Assembly: GCA_951406725.2 (NCBI GenBank)
Contig: OX597830.1
Span: 24,676,001 to 24,740,000 of the forward strand
DNA: 64,000 bases
Reading direction: 5' to 3'
Origin: Octopus vulgaris
Lineage: Eukaryota
The notes under the pieces are model-generated. The model was given only the letters and a program-made list of their open reading frames with translations. It searched no databases and was not told the DNA's origin. Below, one piece after another: positions 28,123-40,727 of the stretch; position 1 is the stretch's first letter; every line of letters starts with the position of its first letter. Position numbers and translations under genes: made by a program.

Positions 28123-28426
28123 ATCTATACAATAATATGTTACATTACTCGGTAATCAAGATAAAACTCTGAGTTTCAGATGCTGAAGTGGAAATCCACA
28201 ACACCATCTCTTCGGTTATCTGGCTATTTGAAAACGTTTTCAAATAGCGTTTTCAAATAGCCAGATAACCGAAGAGATGGTGTTGTGGATTTCCACTTCG
28301 GCATCTGAAACTCAGAGTTTTATCTTGACTACCGAGTAATGTAACATATTATTGTATAGATAAATTTCCTCTATTTACATAATACTGAGGTCTCTTTCTT
28401 TCTTTTGTTATCTTACCGTTTTATCA

Positions 28427-28427
<1 letters not shown>
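28123..28427. mobile_element. Palindromic element (arms of about 113 bp, 28123-28361) with a hammerhead-like fold in each arm
   Basis: Near-perfect inverted repeat. Plus arm 28263-28325: agataa-CCGAAGA-gatg...catc-t-GAAAC-tcaga-GTT-ttatct. Confidence 0.8.
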
Positions 28428-28464
<37 letters not shown>

Positions 28465-29516
28465 GTATGTATGCATGTATGTATGTATGTGTGGGTATAA
28501 GTTTGTGTGTCTGTGTTTGTTCCCCCAACATTGCTTGACAAACGATTTTGTTGTTTACGTCCCCGTAACTTAGCGGTTCAGCAAAAGAAACCAATAGAAT
28601 AAGTACTAGGCTTACAAAGAATAAGTCCTGGGGTCGATTTGTTCGACTAAAGGCAGTGCTCCAGCATGGCCACAGTCAAATGACTGAAACAAGTAAAAGA
28701 GTAGAGTATAGGCACAGGTGTGGCTGTGTAGTAAGAACCCTGCTTCCCAACCACATGGTTCCATGTTCAATTCCCCCACTGTGTAGCACCTTGGGCAGTT
28801 AAGGTTGATTTAAATGCTAAAGGGTTAAAATGAATTTTCAGTTCATTCTACAGTCTTTGACAATCCATATTCTTGCAAGCCTCCCACCCACCCAAAAAGA
28901 AAAACTAAAACTCAGGGTGGAAGGGCTTTGAGCAAAGAGATGAGGGGTTGAAGATTGAAAGAAGTGAGGAAAGGTTGTTGTTGTAGAAGAGCTACATTGA
29001 TCAATAGAAGCTGCAAGTTCAGGTAAATCCCTAAGCGACAAGGTGAGTAGAAGGGAAGTAGATGTAACTACATTTTCCACTGTGTCCTTCATTATTTTTA
29101 AGACAGAAAGATATGATCTGGGAAAAAACTTGGCTGCTATTTCTCTAATGCGAAGCAACTGTACAGAGATTATCTTATTAACTTGTAACTGATTTTCTTA
29201 ATGAATGTATCATGCATGTGTTGGCAGACAAACGATAATGAGATGTATCTACTCTCACAATTAGACACAGTCTATGGTGACTTCCTTCTATTCACTGTGT
29301 CGGCCCATTCTCAATTCACTGCTAACCCATTTTAAATTCAGTGCTAGCCCTTTGTTTGCCTCAGTAAACCTGAATGACATGAAATATCACTGAACATACA
29401 ATCGAAAAGCTCGTTCCATACAGCATCTGATTATATTTATTGTCCTCTTACACAGCTAAAACTACATTCATATAAATTTGAATTCCCATGTCATATCGTA
29501 TTTTAATGCATTTCAT

Positions 29517-29890
29517 CTTAGTGCAACCGTCTTGGTGCAACCGTCTTGGTGCAACCGTCTTGGTGCAACCGTCTTGGTGCAACCGTCTTGGTGCAACCGT
29601 CTTGATGCAGCTGTCTTGGTGCAGCCGTTTTGGTGCAACCGTCTTGGTGCAACCGTCTTGATGCAGCCATCTTGGTGCAACCGTCTTGGTGCAACCGTTT
29701 TGGTGCAACCGTTTTGGTGCAACCGTCTTGGTGCAACCGTCTTGGTGCAACCGTCTTGGTGCAACCGTCTTGGTGCAACCGTCTTGGTGCAACCGTCTTG
29801 GTGCAACCGTCTTGGTGCAACCGTCTTGGTGCAACCGTCTTGGTGCAACCGTCTTGATGCAGCTGTCTTGGCACAGCCATTTTGGTACCA
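29517..29890. repeat. 14-bp minisatellite (cttggtgcaaccgt), about 26 units
   Basis: Directly visible, with variant units such as cttgatgcagctgt. Confidence 0.97.
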
Positions 29891-30525
29891 CCTATTTGGC
29901 ATCACTGATTTGACACTGAACTATTTGACATCTCTTAATATTTCTCTCATTTTTATGTTACTGTCATTCCCACCCTCCTCCCCACCATCTCTCTCTTTCT
30001 TTCTCTCTCCCTCTCTGTCTGTCTTTCTCTCTCTCTCTCTCTCTCCCTCTCTCTCTCTGAGTATATTCTCTATATGCATGAGGAGAAGCAAGGTGGTTAT
30101 GTCAATTTTGTCAAATTAACAAATTATAATGCCTGTCTTTCCCTCTCTTTCTCTCCCTCTCCCTCTCTATCTATGTGTGTGCATTTCTGTACATGCACAC
30201 ACGTGTATGCATCTCTGTTTGTCTCTAGTACCAACAAGCACTGTCTAAAACAGATTCAGTATTCAGTCAGCCATGCCATATTGCCAGTGTCCAAACAGCC
30301 ATGACCAAATAATTCATTTCTTTATATCTCTATATATATTCGAGAGCAGTGTATGCAAAGAGGTACTCAATGTACCCCTATCAAATGGGGAAGGAGTCTC
30401 ATTTGATTGAACCATGAAAAGAGCCTCTACATGGTCTCTCAGTTTGGTAGACATAGCAGCCAAATTTCCCACAATCACATCAAGTCTCATTCTAAATATC
30501 CCATTGCTGCTTTACACTTGAACTT

Positions 30526-30915
30526 TAACCTTTTCGTTATCATATTTCTGTTTGAATACACAACCTTTATTTCAATTAATTTTCAAAATGATGAACTTGG
30601 TAAAATAAATTTCTTATCATAAAGCTGGTTTTTTGGAACACAAATTAACAAGGAATTTTGGTGCAAAGATTTAATTTAGACTACTTTAATGCTTTGTTTG
30701 CCATACTTCTTTTGAAATATACTGCCTCTATTGCAATTAAATTTTTAAATGATGAAGAAATTTGGTAAAATAAATTTGTCATTATTAAGCTTGTGACAGG
30801 AACATGTATCAACATGAAATTTTGGTTGGAGGCTTAAATTTTAATCACTTCAAAAGAGAAAGTTTTTATCAAAGAACTGGGGGCAATCTCAAGCATGTTG
30901 GCATCAATGGGGTTA
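30526..30915. mobile_element. Degenerate piggyBac-type MITE with internal duplication
   Basis: ttaaccttttcgttatc ... gcatcaatggggttaa; internal segment aatgatgaa..ttggtaaaataaattt repeated. Confidence 0.45.
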
Positions 30916-31269
30916 AATTAGACATAGTCCTCTCCATAAAATCTTAGATATGTACTAGACTTTGGAGTCTTGGACTATTCCTTCTTGTCGCTTTAGATGA
31001 AATTGCTGATGTATGTCAAGAAGTGTATTTAATTATACTACTACACCTCTTATACTATAAGCACAGACATGGTTGTGGTAAGAAGCTTGCTTCCCAACCA
31101 CATGGTTCTGGGGTTCAGTCCCACTGCATGGTTACGTGGTAAGATGTTTGTTTCCCAACCACATGCTTCTGAGTTCAGTCCCACTGCATGGCACCTTGGG
31201 CAAGTGTCTTCTACTATATAGCCTCAGGCTAACTATAAAGCCATGTGAGTAGATTTGATAGGCAGAATG

Positions 31270-31902
31270 GATTTTCTGTAAAAATGTCAAGCAACAAGAC
31301 AGTGGCTAGGGAAAGGAAAAATGCTGGCACACCAGACTAAAGGTCTTCACCCATGTAAGGTGTTATCTGTTTGGTGGGATAAGAAAGGTTTAATCCACTT
31401 TAAACTTTTAAACTCAAACTAAACGATAACATAGGAGATCTACTGCAAGCTGCTTGAGTAGCTTAAGTCAGCACTAGAAGAAAAACGACCATCTTTGGTT
31501 TCAAGACGAAAGGTGGTCTTCCATCAGGATAATGCTGAGCCACATACAGTGAGGATGACATTCCAAAGGCTGGAGCAGTTTCAATGAGAAACGATGCCCA
31601 ACCCACCATATTCACCAGACATTGCCCCTTCTGATTATCATTTATTCTGCAGTTTTCCAAATCTTTTGGATAGAAAAAATATGAATTCTGTTGATGAGAT
31701 CAGAACAGTACTGGAGGAGTATTTTTCTTAATGGACAAGTGAATTTAGGAAGAGGGGCCTTGCAAAGTCTACCAGATAGATAGAAGAGCATTGTAGAAAA
31801 TGAAGGAGAGTTTATTTTAGATTTAAAAAGAACTTTATTTATCTTAATTTTGAAAAATAAAAGAAGTATAAAAAAAGACACATTATTTATGAGGTGACCC
31901 AA
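31270..31902 (+). mobile_element. mariner 3' half (decayed transposase) with one TIR
   Basis: FHQDNAEPHT and PPYSPDIAPSDYHLF motifs; TIR cattatttatgaggtgacccaa|TA; same family as 47136-48054. Confidence 0.88.
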
Positions 31903-32439
31903 TAGTAACTTTTGTTGTAAGCATTTTGTTGGTTCAGTTTTTTTTGTTTTCCTCATTCATATAGAATTATTCCCATACATAGCATAGCTTTCTTTTTCTT
32001 CATACCAATCCTTTGATCACGTCTAAATTTAGTTGCTAGTTATGTATACACAAATATGCACATACACACATGTATACACATACACACACGTATACACACA
32101 CACACACGTACACAGGGCCACACCTTGTAGGTGTATAACTATACTATATACCTCTCGCTGTATATTTTACCTATTGATTTCATAACAAACTATTGTTTAA
32201 CATGATATTCAAGGAATGTAAATAATACTGTGTTTGTAATCTGGAAACTATTTTCTAGGCGGCAGATAGTTAAATGTGATCTGTAGGAGGGGTGGGTGTT
32301 ATAGGGGGCTATGCTTGCTCTGTCCCACTTTTTTTATGTTTTATTTTTGTTTTGTTATTTGTAAATTCATTTTGGATCCCTATCAAAGTAAAATAAATAT
32401 ATGTTAATCATAAATGGTTTTTTTTTCTTTTATTAAAAG

Positions 32440-32615
32440 GTTTTCCTGAAAGAAGCATTTGAACAACATCTAGAAAAAGCCTCCCGTTCTGTACAGGATG
32501 AAGCTATTTTATCCATACAGCGAACTGTGAGGGCATTCATAGTTCGTAAGAAGTTTACGAGGACCATAAGATCTGCCACCAATATCCAGAGTGCTATCAG
32601 AGCCTGGAAAGTCAG
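32440..32615 (+). CDS. Internal coding exon of an unconventional myosin (myosin XV-like): (K)VFLKE plus two IQ motifs
   Basis: Pyrimidine tract plus AG acceptor and GTAAG donor. Translates VFLKEAFEQHLEKASRSVQDEAILSIQRTVRAFIVRKKFTRTIRSATNIQSAIRAWKV(R), with IQxxxRxxxxR motifs. From memory it resembles MYO15A KLFLKEHLYQLLE...LQRCLRGF; the class assignment is an inference. Confidence 0.92.
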
Positions 32616-34094
32616 GTAAGACTTTTATATCAGTCCCTGTTGATTCATTGGAGTCAAAATGGCTAATACTGGTTGTTATTTAACCCAAATCAGCTGTTGG
32701 AAGTCCCCTGTATTTTATTGTTTTTTTTTTTGTTTTTGTTTTTTTGTTGGATATGCTGTTTTTAAGATTACATTATCTGATGTATTTTTAAAAAGAAACA
32801 AAAATGTGGGGTGATTCTATTTGGCTATTATTTTTAGCAGGTTGAGTCTTTACATATACACTCCTACAAGACAAGAATCAATAATTTATCAAACTATCTG
32901 AGCTATGCCACATTTTCTCTTCCAGTTGTGTGAGTTTTTGACAAGGATTCCATTGTGCTCATAAACAAAATACTTAACTCTGACTTTTGCTTAGGGTCTA
33001 AGGGTATTGCTCATGACTTTTACTGGACTTCCTAGACATCAATGACATCGATATGGCTGATATCCAGCATGAACATTTCCAAGTCAACATTTGCAGGGTA
33101 GTAAAAAAAAAAAAAAAAAAAGTAGGTTAGAGAATGGATTTCAAAAGGTTGAAGTTGGTAAAGTTGGGTGAAAATCTCTGTTACTAATCTTAGTTGTTAA
33201 TTAATGTTGTGACACTGGATTTTCATACGGCATTGTAAGGAAATATCTGGAAGCCAACCAAACTATAAATACAGCTTTAAAATTCAGAGAAACCTTTCAG
33301 TTGATTTTGTTTTTATTTTTTTTTTTTTGTTTTTTCGGGTTTTTTTTTTTTAATGTCCAGTAAAGTCTAAGTTTAGACCAGACACCAAACAATTAGCTCT
33401 GTTACGTCTTTCATTCACAATGACAATAACATTTCTTTTTGTGCTTATATATATTTTTGTAGTTTTTATTGCTTTTCAAAACTGCTCAATGGAGTGTAGA
33501 TCATTATAGATATGAACAACAGAGCAGTTTTAAAGTATCCACGCCCTTTTCAGACACAATGGTAACTTAGGTGGAGTCATTACTTGGAAATTAAAAGAAA
33601 TAAGTAATATTTTTGTGCTTATTTTGTAAAAAAGGTTTTATAGTTAAATCTCATTACTGATATCAGTCATTCAACAATTGTACCACTTGTTATGAGTTAG
33701 AAATCACCCTCACCAATTTACGTCACAATTTTTCTCGGCTGATACGAGTTGGATAGCTCTTTTCTCGCAGTCCTTGTTGTCTCATGCAAACACTGCACTC
33801 ATCTGACACTCACCCTTGTCTCATTGCACTCCTTGTCTGAGACTCTCTACAACAGTTCTCATCATGTGACTGCCATACATTACAATACTTTTTATCATGT
33901 GATTCACGTCACAACAGGGAAAGCTGGCCGTATTTGTTGTTGTGTACATCTTACAGCATGGACTTGGTGATTTTTTTTTTTATCACACCCCAAGAAAAAG
34001 AGGGGTTTGATGTGGCAGAACTCAAGTATTATATCTACTCTATATCAATTCTTATTCACAATTATTGCCCTCAAAGTCAGCTTGTCTGTGCTTA

Positions 34095-34325
34095 TTTCTT
34101 ATTTCTTTATTGCCCACAAGGGGCTAAACATTGAGGGGACAAACAAGGACAGACAGAGGAATTAAGTCAATTACATTGACCCCAGTGCGTAACTGGTACT
34201 TAATTTATCGACCCCGAAAGGATGAAAGGCAAATTCAACCTTGGCAAAATTTGAACTCAGAATGTAACGACAGACGAAATACTGCTAAGCATTTCTCCCG
34301 GTGTGCTAACGTTTCTGCCAGCTCG
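34095..34325 (-). mobile_element. SINE family B
   Basis: Reverse complement of 23476-23707. Confidence 0.85.
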
Positions 34326-34543
34326 CAGCAAGCTTCTTACCACACAGCGACGCCTGCACCTATGTATATTGGTTCAAAAAAACTTATTAAAATTGAGAAT
34401 TGTGGAAATATTATTTGCAGAGTTATTTTATAACAAAACAGGAAATTGGAAATTCTTTGGTATTATTTATTCACCATTATGGACACTTCATTTGCTAATA
34501 GTGTAATGTCCAAATAATTTCTAATTTCCTCTTTTGTTATATA

Positions 34544-35000
34544 CGGGATGGTATCAAAAGGTTCCCCGACAAGTCATGTTATTAAAAAATAACTTATTCG
34601 TCTTCATTTTAACATCATCTCCTTTGAAAGAGTTACTTTGCACAGCAATAAACCAGTTCCAGCATTTCTGCAACTCTTGGAATCCAGCCTGGCAGTCATT
34701 TTCTGTAAGCAAGTCAAGGACCTTCTGTGATTTTCTCTTGATCTTGAAAACAGTGTTCAAATGGTGACCTTTGAGCTGCATTTTCATCTTGGAGAAGAGA
34801 CAGAAGTCTGAAGGTGCTAAATCTGGCGAACAGTGTGTGTGTGTGGAAGTGATACCATGTTGTTTTTGGTGAGAAGCTTATAAGTGTGGAGAGCTCAGTA
34901 AAAGGACACATTGTCATTGTGAAGAATCCGATTCTTTGCACTCCACAAATCTGGTTGCTTTCACCAAATGCCCTCTCCCAAATGCTTCAGAACACTGTCT
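34544..35000 (-). mobile_element. mariner fragment, same family as 8968-9902
   Basis: TA plus TIR cgggatggtatcaaaaggttcc; KMKMQLKGHHLNTVFKIKRKSQKVLD. Confidence 0.85.
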
Positions 35001-35234
35001 AGCTCTGGGGTATGAATTTTTGATGCACAATAACACATTTTTGATACACAGTACATATATACGTAGGGCTTATTTCAGTTCCCATCTCACAAGGTTTTGG
35101 TAGTAGAAGACACTTACCCAAGGTGCCACACAGCAGGATTGAACCCAGACCATGTGGTTGGGAAGCAAGCTTCTTACCACACAGCCATACCTGCACCTAT
35201 AGTTTAAATGTAGTTTTAATTTCATAGTTTAATT

Positions 35235-36530
35235 TCTTTCTGTAAGTTTACATGCCCATCATCAGCTATGGCCATGAATGTTCAGTAATAACCAAAAGAG
35301 AATGATCACATACACAAGCACACAAGAAAATGATCACATATATAGGCACAGGAGTGGCTGTGTGGTAAGTAGCTTGCATACCAACCACATGGCTCCAAGT
35401 TCAGTCCCCTGCGTGGCACCTTGAGGAAGTGTCTTCTACTATAACCTCAGGCCGACCAAAGCCTTGTGAATGGATTTGTTAGATGGAAACTGAAAGAAGC
35501 CCACGTACATATATATATATATATATATATGTCTCTATGTATATGTATAGTTAGAATTTACAAAGAACAAAACAAAAAACAAAGACGGATGTGTAAACAA
35601 CAAACAGATGTATTAGTCTAATGCTCGGGAAGTGAGAAGGTCTTTTACATTTCGAGCCTACGCTCTTCAACAGAAAAGAACACAGAAATAAGCAGAGAGA
35701 AAATAAAAAAGGGTTAGTGGCTAGCAATCAATCATGGTGATGTATATGTGTGTGTCTGTGTTTGTCTCCCTACCATCACTTGACAACCAATGTTAGTGTG
35801 TTTACATCCCCGTAACGTAGCAGTTCAGCAAAAGAGACCGATAGAATAAGTACTAGGCTTACAAAGAATAAGTCCTGGGGTCAATTTGTATGACTAAAGG
35901 TGGTGCTCCAGCATGGCCGCAGTCAAATGACTGAAACAAATAAAAGGGTAAGCAGCCAAAATGGGGGGGGGTCTTCTATAGGAACATTTCTTGATAGGCT
36001 GCATAGCTCAGAAATGAGGGATTCTCTCCAGATCGAGCCACTACTTCTCTGCATTGAGAGATTACAGATCCTATACTAGGGACAGATGATTAGAATATTG
36101 ATTTCAAATTTTAGCACAAGGCCAGCAATTTCGAGGTAGGGGGTAAGTCGATTACTTCAACAACATTGTTCAACTGGTACTTGTTTTATTGAACCCGAAA
36201 GGATGGAAGGCCAAGTTGACCATGGCAGAATTTGAACTCATGACAAAAAGAGAGACAAAATGTCAAAAGCATTTTACCCAATGCACTAATGATTCTGCCA
36301 GCTTGCTGCCTTATTACATGTGATTAGAATATTACAGGAAAGAATTGCAAGACAAATTCTTCAAACTAAACCAACTGACAGGAGACATTGGAGTAGTTGG
36401 ATAATATTTATTGTCTCAGTTGGTCATGCTTGGAAATCCAGAAGGAAAGGGTGATGATGCTTGCTTTTGATTGTACCCTATGGAGGGGGTGCAATGAAGA
36501 CTCTACCTCTAATCACTACCAGGAATAATG
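35235..36530 (+). mobile_element. Old Expander/RTE-like LINE remnant, interrupted by SINE A (35343-35945) and SINE B (about 36100-36312)
   Basis: Decayed motifs PIISYGHEC and LQIEPLLLCIERLQI; SINE B flanked by the duplication gattagaatatt. Confidence 0.55.
35550..35740 (-). mobile_element. Short element with a degenerate hammerhead motif, inserted in a SINE-internal (TA)n
   Basis: Minus 35679-35641: tctttt-CTGTTGA-a-gagc(gtag)gctc-GAAAT-GTA-aaaga. A more decayed relative lies at about 42590-42720. Confidence 0.55.
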
Positions 36531-38474
36531 AGTGGAGAAAATGAATGGATGGAAGTTTTCTTATGAGAACGATATCTGAATAATGATTTGTTGTTGTGTT
36601 TGGATGTTGTGGGTAGCTGGACACATCAGTCTTGAGGCTTTATTTTACATTGCGGTGGCAAGTAGTCATGAATTGTGCTCCTTGTATTTCAGTTTTAATA
36701 TTTACCCTATGTTTTATATATTTAGTCTGTTGTTATTGTATTTGAGCATTCTGCAATTGTTTTGTTGATATATAAACCCCCTTTCTATGTGGGCTCCTGA
36801 TCCAACAAACCTAGAATTAAAAGCATTTGAACTGTAACAGTCTTTTCTTTACAGATACATTGTATTTAAAATAACATTATTCTATGTTTTGTGTCTTTCT
36901 TTTGTAATCCGTTGTTTCACATGTGATACACAGGACATATTTCTCTAGCATCCTTGCATCATATATGGTACACATCCCCAATATTTTTCAACGACCAGTC
37001 TTACTTGAGACTTACAAAAGGAAATCTTTATATTACTCAGAACATACAAAACAAGAGTTAGCTAAAAATCTGTAACAAGCACGGATGTTTAAGACAAACT
37101 TTGAATGGGCCAAGGGTTAAGACATTATGGTGTGATCTGAGAGAGGTTTGATTTCTATTTTGAGTGACTAAGTAAATGCTGCCTACATTGACTCATTACC
37201 TGTTATGCAGGTAAACTATTTTGTATGTTGTCTCTGCAGTTTAGTTACAAGGCCAGCAACAATGTATTTAAAAGGCTTTTGTAATTTGACATTTGTGGTA
37301 GCAAGATTTAAGATCTCATTCAACTAATGAATACAAATTTATGATCCCACAATAGAACTAATGTATCACCTTATAATACTGAGTTCCCTTGATCAATTTC
37401 AGTATTATAACAGTGAATACTTGTTATAAATCTTATAAACTTCCTTATCATTTATTGTATACAATATATGCTATGTCTATATATTATTTATTTGATAACC
37501 GAACCATACAAGTGAATGCTTCTTGTGTATTTTGCAATCTTCATGTATGAATTATTGTCACAACTCACAATTTTATTTTCTTGCACTTTAATGATCTTGT
37601 AGTGAAATATTTCTGCATGGTTAAGAAGCTCATTTTGCAACCATTTAATTGATTTGGGATTCAATCCCACTGCACAACATCTTTGGCAATTATCTTTTAC
37701 CATAGCCCTGAACCAACCAATGCTTTGTGATTGAATTTGGTACATGGAAACTGTGTAGAAGCTTGTCATTATGTGTGTGTGTGCATAATATTTATTTATT
37801 TATTAATATTTAGCAGAAGTAACAGAGTGACTCAAGGTCTGAGAGTGTCGTGGCAAAACTTCCAGACCTTAAGTCATTCTGTTGCTTCCACTGAATATTA
37901 GTAAAAATATACATATACTCATATTTTGAGTTCTATTTTTCCTATTTGCACAAACATACCAACATATATATATATATATATATATATGTTGTACATTCTC
38001 TGGAGTGGTTGGCATTAGGAAGGGCATCCAGCCATAGAAACCAAGCCAAAATAGACTATGGAACCTGGCATGATCCCTGGCCATGCCAGTTCCTGTCCAA
38101 CTTATGCCAGCATGGAAAATGGACCTTAAATGATAATGATGATGATGATGATGATGAATATTTTGTGTGTCTTTGTATTTGTCTCCTCCTGATTGCTTGA
38201 TGACCAGTGTTTGTTTGTTTACATCCCTGTAACTTAGCAGTCTAGCAAAAGAAACCGATAAAATAAGTACCAAACTTTAAAATAGGTACAGATGTGGATA
38301 TGTTCACCTAAACCATACGTGGCAGTGCCCCAGCATGGTCACAGTCCAATAATTGAAACAGGTAAAAGATAAGAAGATAACTAAAATTGAAATCTCAGGT
38401 GTAAATTGTAATTTAAATATTTCCAATGACATTAAAATGTATAAATTAACTATAATAATATTCTTTCTGTGCCC

Positions 38475-39460
38475 ACCACAACCACTGCCATTGCCACTAT
38501 CACTGCTATTACCACTGTCACCACTGCCATCATCACTACCACCAACACTGCCACCACTTTTACTTCTGCCATCATCACTACCACCATTACCACTTTTACC
38601 ACCACTACCACCATCACCACGATTACTAACACCACCACTACCACCACAACCACCACCACTATCACCACCACCACCACACCACTATTACCAATACCACCAC
38701 CAACACTATAACCATCACCACCACCACCATTACTACAACCACTATTACCCCTACTACCACCATCAGCACCATTACTAACACCACCACTACCATCACTACC
38801 ACCACAACCACCACTAACAGTGATGTAACTAGGTATGTATGTATGTATGTACCATCATCACTATTATCAACACCACCACTACCATCAATACCACAACAAC
38901 CACCACCATCACTAATACCACCACCAACACTATAACCATCACCACCACTATTACCAACACCACCACTACCATCAATACCACCAACAACAACAATGCTTTA
39001 ACCACCACCACCATCACCACTACCACCACTACTACCTTCACCACTGACATTAATATCACCACCACCATTACTAGAACTACCACCAACACTATAACCACCA
39101 CCACCACCATTACTACAACCACTACCATTACTAACACCACCACTACCATCAATACCACCACAACCAGTGATGTAACTAGGTATGTATGTATGTACCATCA
39201 TCACTATTATCAACACCACCACTTCCATCAATACCACAACAACCACCACCACCATCACCAATACCACCACCAACACTATAACCATCACCACCACTATTAC
39301 CAACACCACCACTACCATTAATACCACCACCATCACCACTACCACCACCACCATTACCAACACCACTACTACCTTCACCACTGACATTAATACCTCCACT
39401 ACCACCACCATTACCAGAACTACCACCAACACTATAACCACCACAACCACCATCACCTCT
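38475..39460. repeat. (ACC/ACT/ATC) low-complexity tract with an internal tandem duplication of about 350 bp
   Basis: cagtgatgtaactaggtatgtatgtatgtaccatcatcactattatcaacacc occurs at about 38818 and 39165. Confidence 0.9.
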
Positions 39461-40290
39461 ACTTTATTGATTTTTCGCCATGTTGTGACCAATACAAAAT
39501 GAAATTAATAGCATGTCAGGTTTGTAAGGGCCGGAATTGAATCAGTGATGTAAGTAGGTATGTGTGTATGTATATACATATGTTTGTACATGTGTGTGTG
39601 TGTGGATGAGTGGATGGAGGTGGGGGGCTGGTGGTCACCTTTCTTAATCAAAATCAATAATGTCCACATATCAGATGGTAACAGCTGGTAAACTTGAATG
39701 GAAAATACATACAGGTAACGATGTAGTGGTTGCACAGAGGGAGAGAAATCAATGGAAACGGTAGTTAATAATATGTTAATGCTGTTCAGCCTTGAAAGAG
39801 CACAGAAAACTACAGAGTGAGCTTCTCCAGGAAAGGAAATATAATTGCAATTCGCTGGAGGAAATACATAACACTGAGTATTGCGAGGACATTTAGCTGC
39901 CATCTCTTAGTATTTTTTTTTTTTTTTTTGAGGTCTCCTTCCTGTAAAACCAAGTAAGTTAGAAACCTCTCTCTTTCTCTTTCAATTTTCACATGACACC
40001 ACCTTGGCAAACATTTGTGCATGTCAAAGTAATGGTGAAGCCTGCAGTGTGATTACTTGATGTGTTAGAAATAGCAGCCAAATGCCTCTCAAATCAAATC
40101 CTATTGTCTATAACGAAGAAGAAAAAATATAAAGAGGAAGAAGAGAATATCGAATGATGAAGCTTCAGATAAACTGAGACTAAAAAGATGGATGGGACAT
40201 GGCTAGAATGTCTTAGATTACAGCTCTGGTTAAAACAGGGCAGTTTGAGGACAAACGTTAGTACCTGTTATGCTAAAGAAGGACCGTTTA

Positions 40291-40503
40291 CGAGGGGGAT
40301 GCTGAAAAAGTCCTGGCCTTCAGTAAAAGAAAATACAGGAGAATCAGTTATGATTTTACTCAACATATTCCCCTCTTCGATTCACACACTTTTTGCAGCA
40401 GTCCTTCAGTTTTTCTAAGCACTATAAAAGAACTCAGAAGGTTGGGCTTCCGACCAGGCCTTTTGTGATATCTTAATGCCAAGAATTTTCCAGCACCCAC
40501 TCG
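40291..40503. mobile_element. mariner-type MITE of about 200 bp (other copies about 40872-41056, 53635-53833, 57936-58150)
   Basis: TIRs cgagggggatgctgaaaaagtcctggc / gccaagaattttccagcacccactcg; four similar copies in the window. Confidence 0.8.
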
Positions 40504-40524
40504 TGTGTGTGTGTATATATATAT

Positions 40525-40696
40525 CATCATCATCATCATCATCGTTTAGCGTCCGTTTTCCATGCTAGCATGGGTTGGACGGTTCTACTGGGGTCTGTGA
40601 AGCCAGAAGGCTTCATCAGGCCCAGTCAAATCTGGCAGTGTTTCTACTGCTGGATGCCCTTCCTAACGCCAACCACTCCGTGAGTGTAGTGGGTGC

Positions 40697-40698
<2 letters not shown>
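40525..40698 (-). mobile_element. 5'-truncated RTE 3'UTR between (TA)n tracts
   Basis: Near-identical to the reverse complement of 10635-10812. Confidence 0.85.

Positions 40699-40727
<29 letters not shown>

Larger units (their letters stand above)
27258..28705 (+). mobile_element. SINE family A interrupted at its internal (TA)n by an RTE 3' end and a palindromic hammerhead element
   Basis: Head 27258-27381; 3' half resumes after about 28430-28500. Confidence 0.85.

Noticed and set aside
28838-29158. 106-aa minus-strand ORF
   Set aside because: No recognisable homology; likely a chance ORF
29448-30119. Repetitive ORFs and CRISPR-like appearance
   Set aside because: Head-to-tail 14-bp units with no unique spacers, no cas genes, eukaryotic context
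38353-39502. Mucin-like Thr-rich ORFs
   Set aside because: ACC/ACT microsatellite decay with a local duplication; open in several frames on both strands
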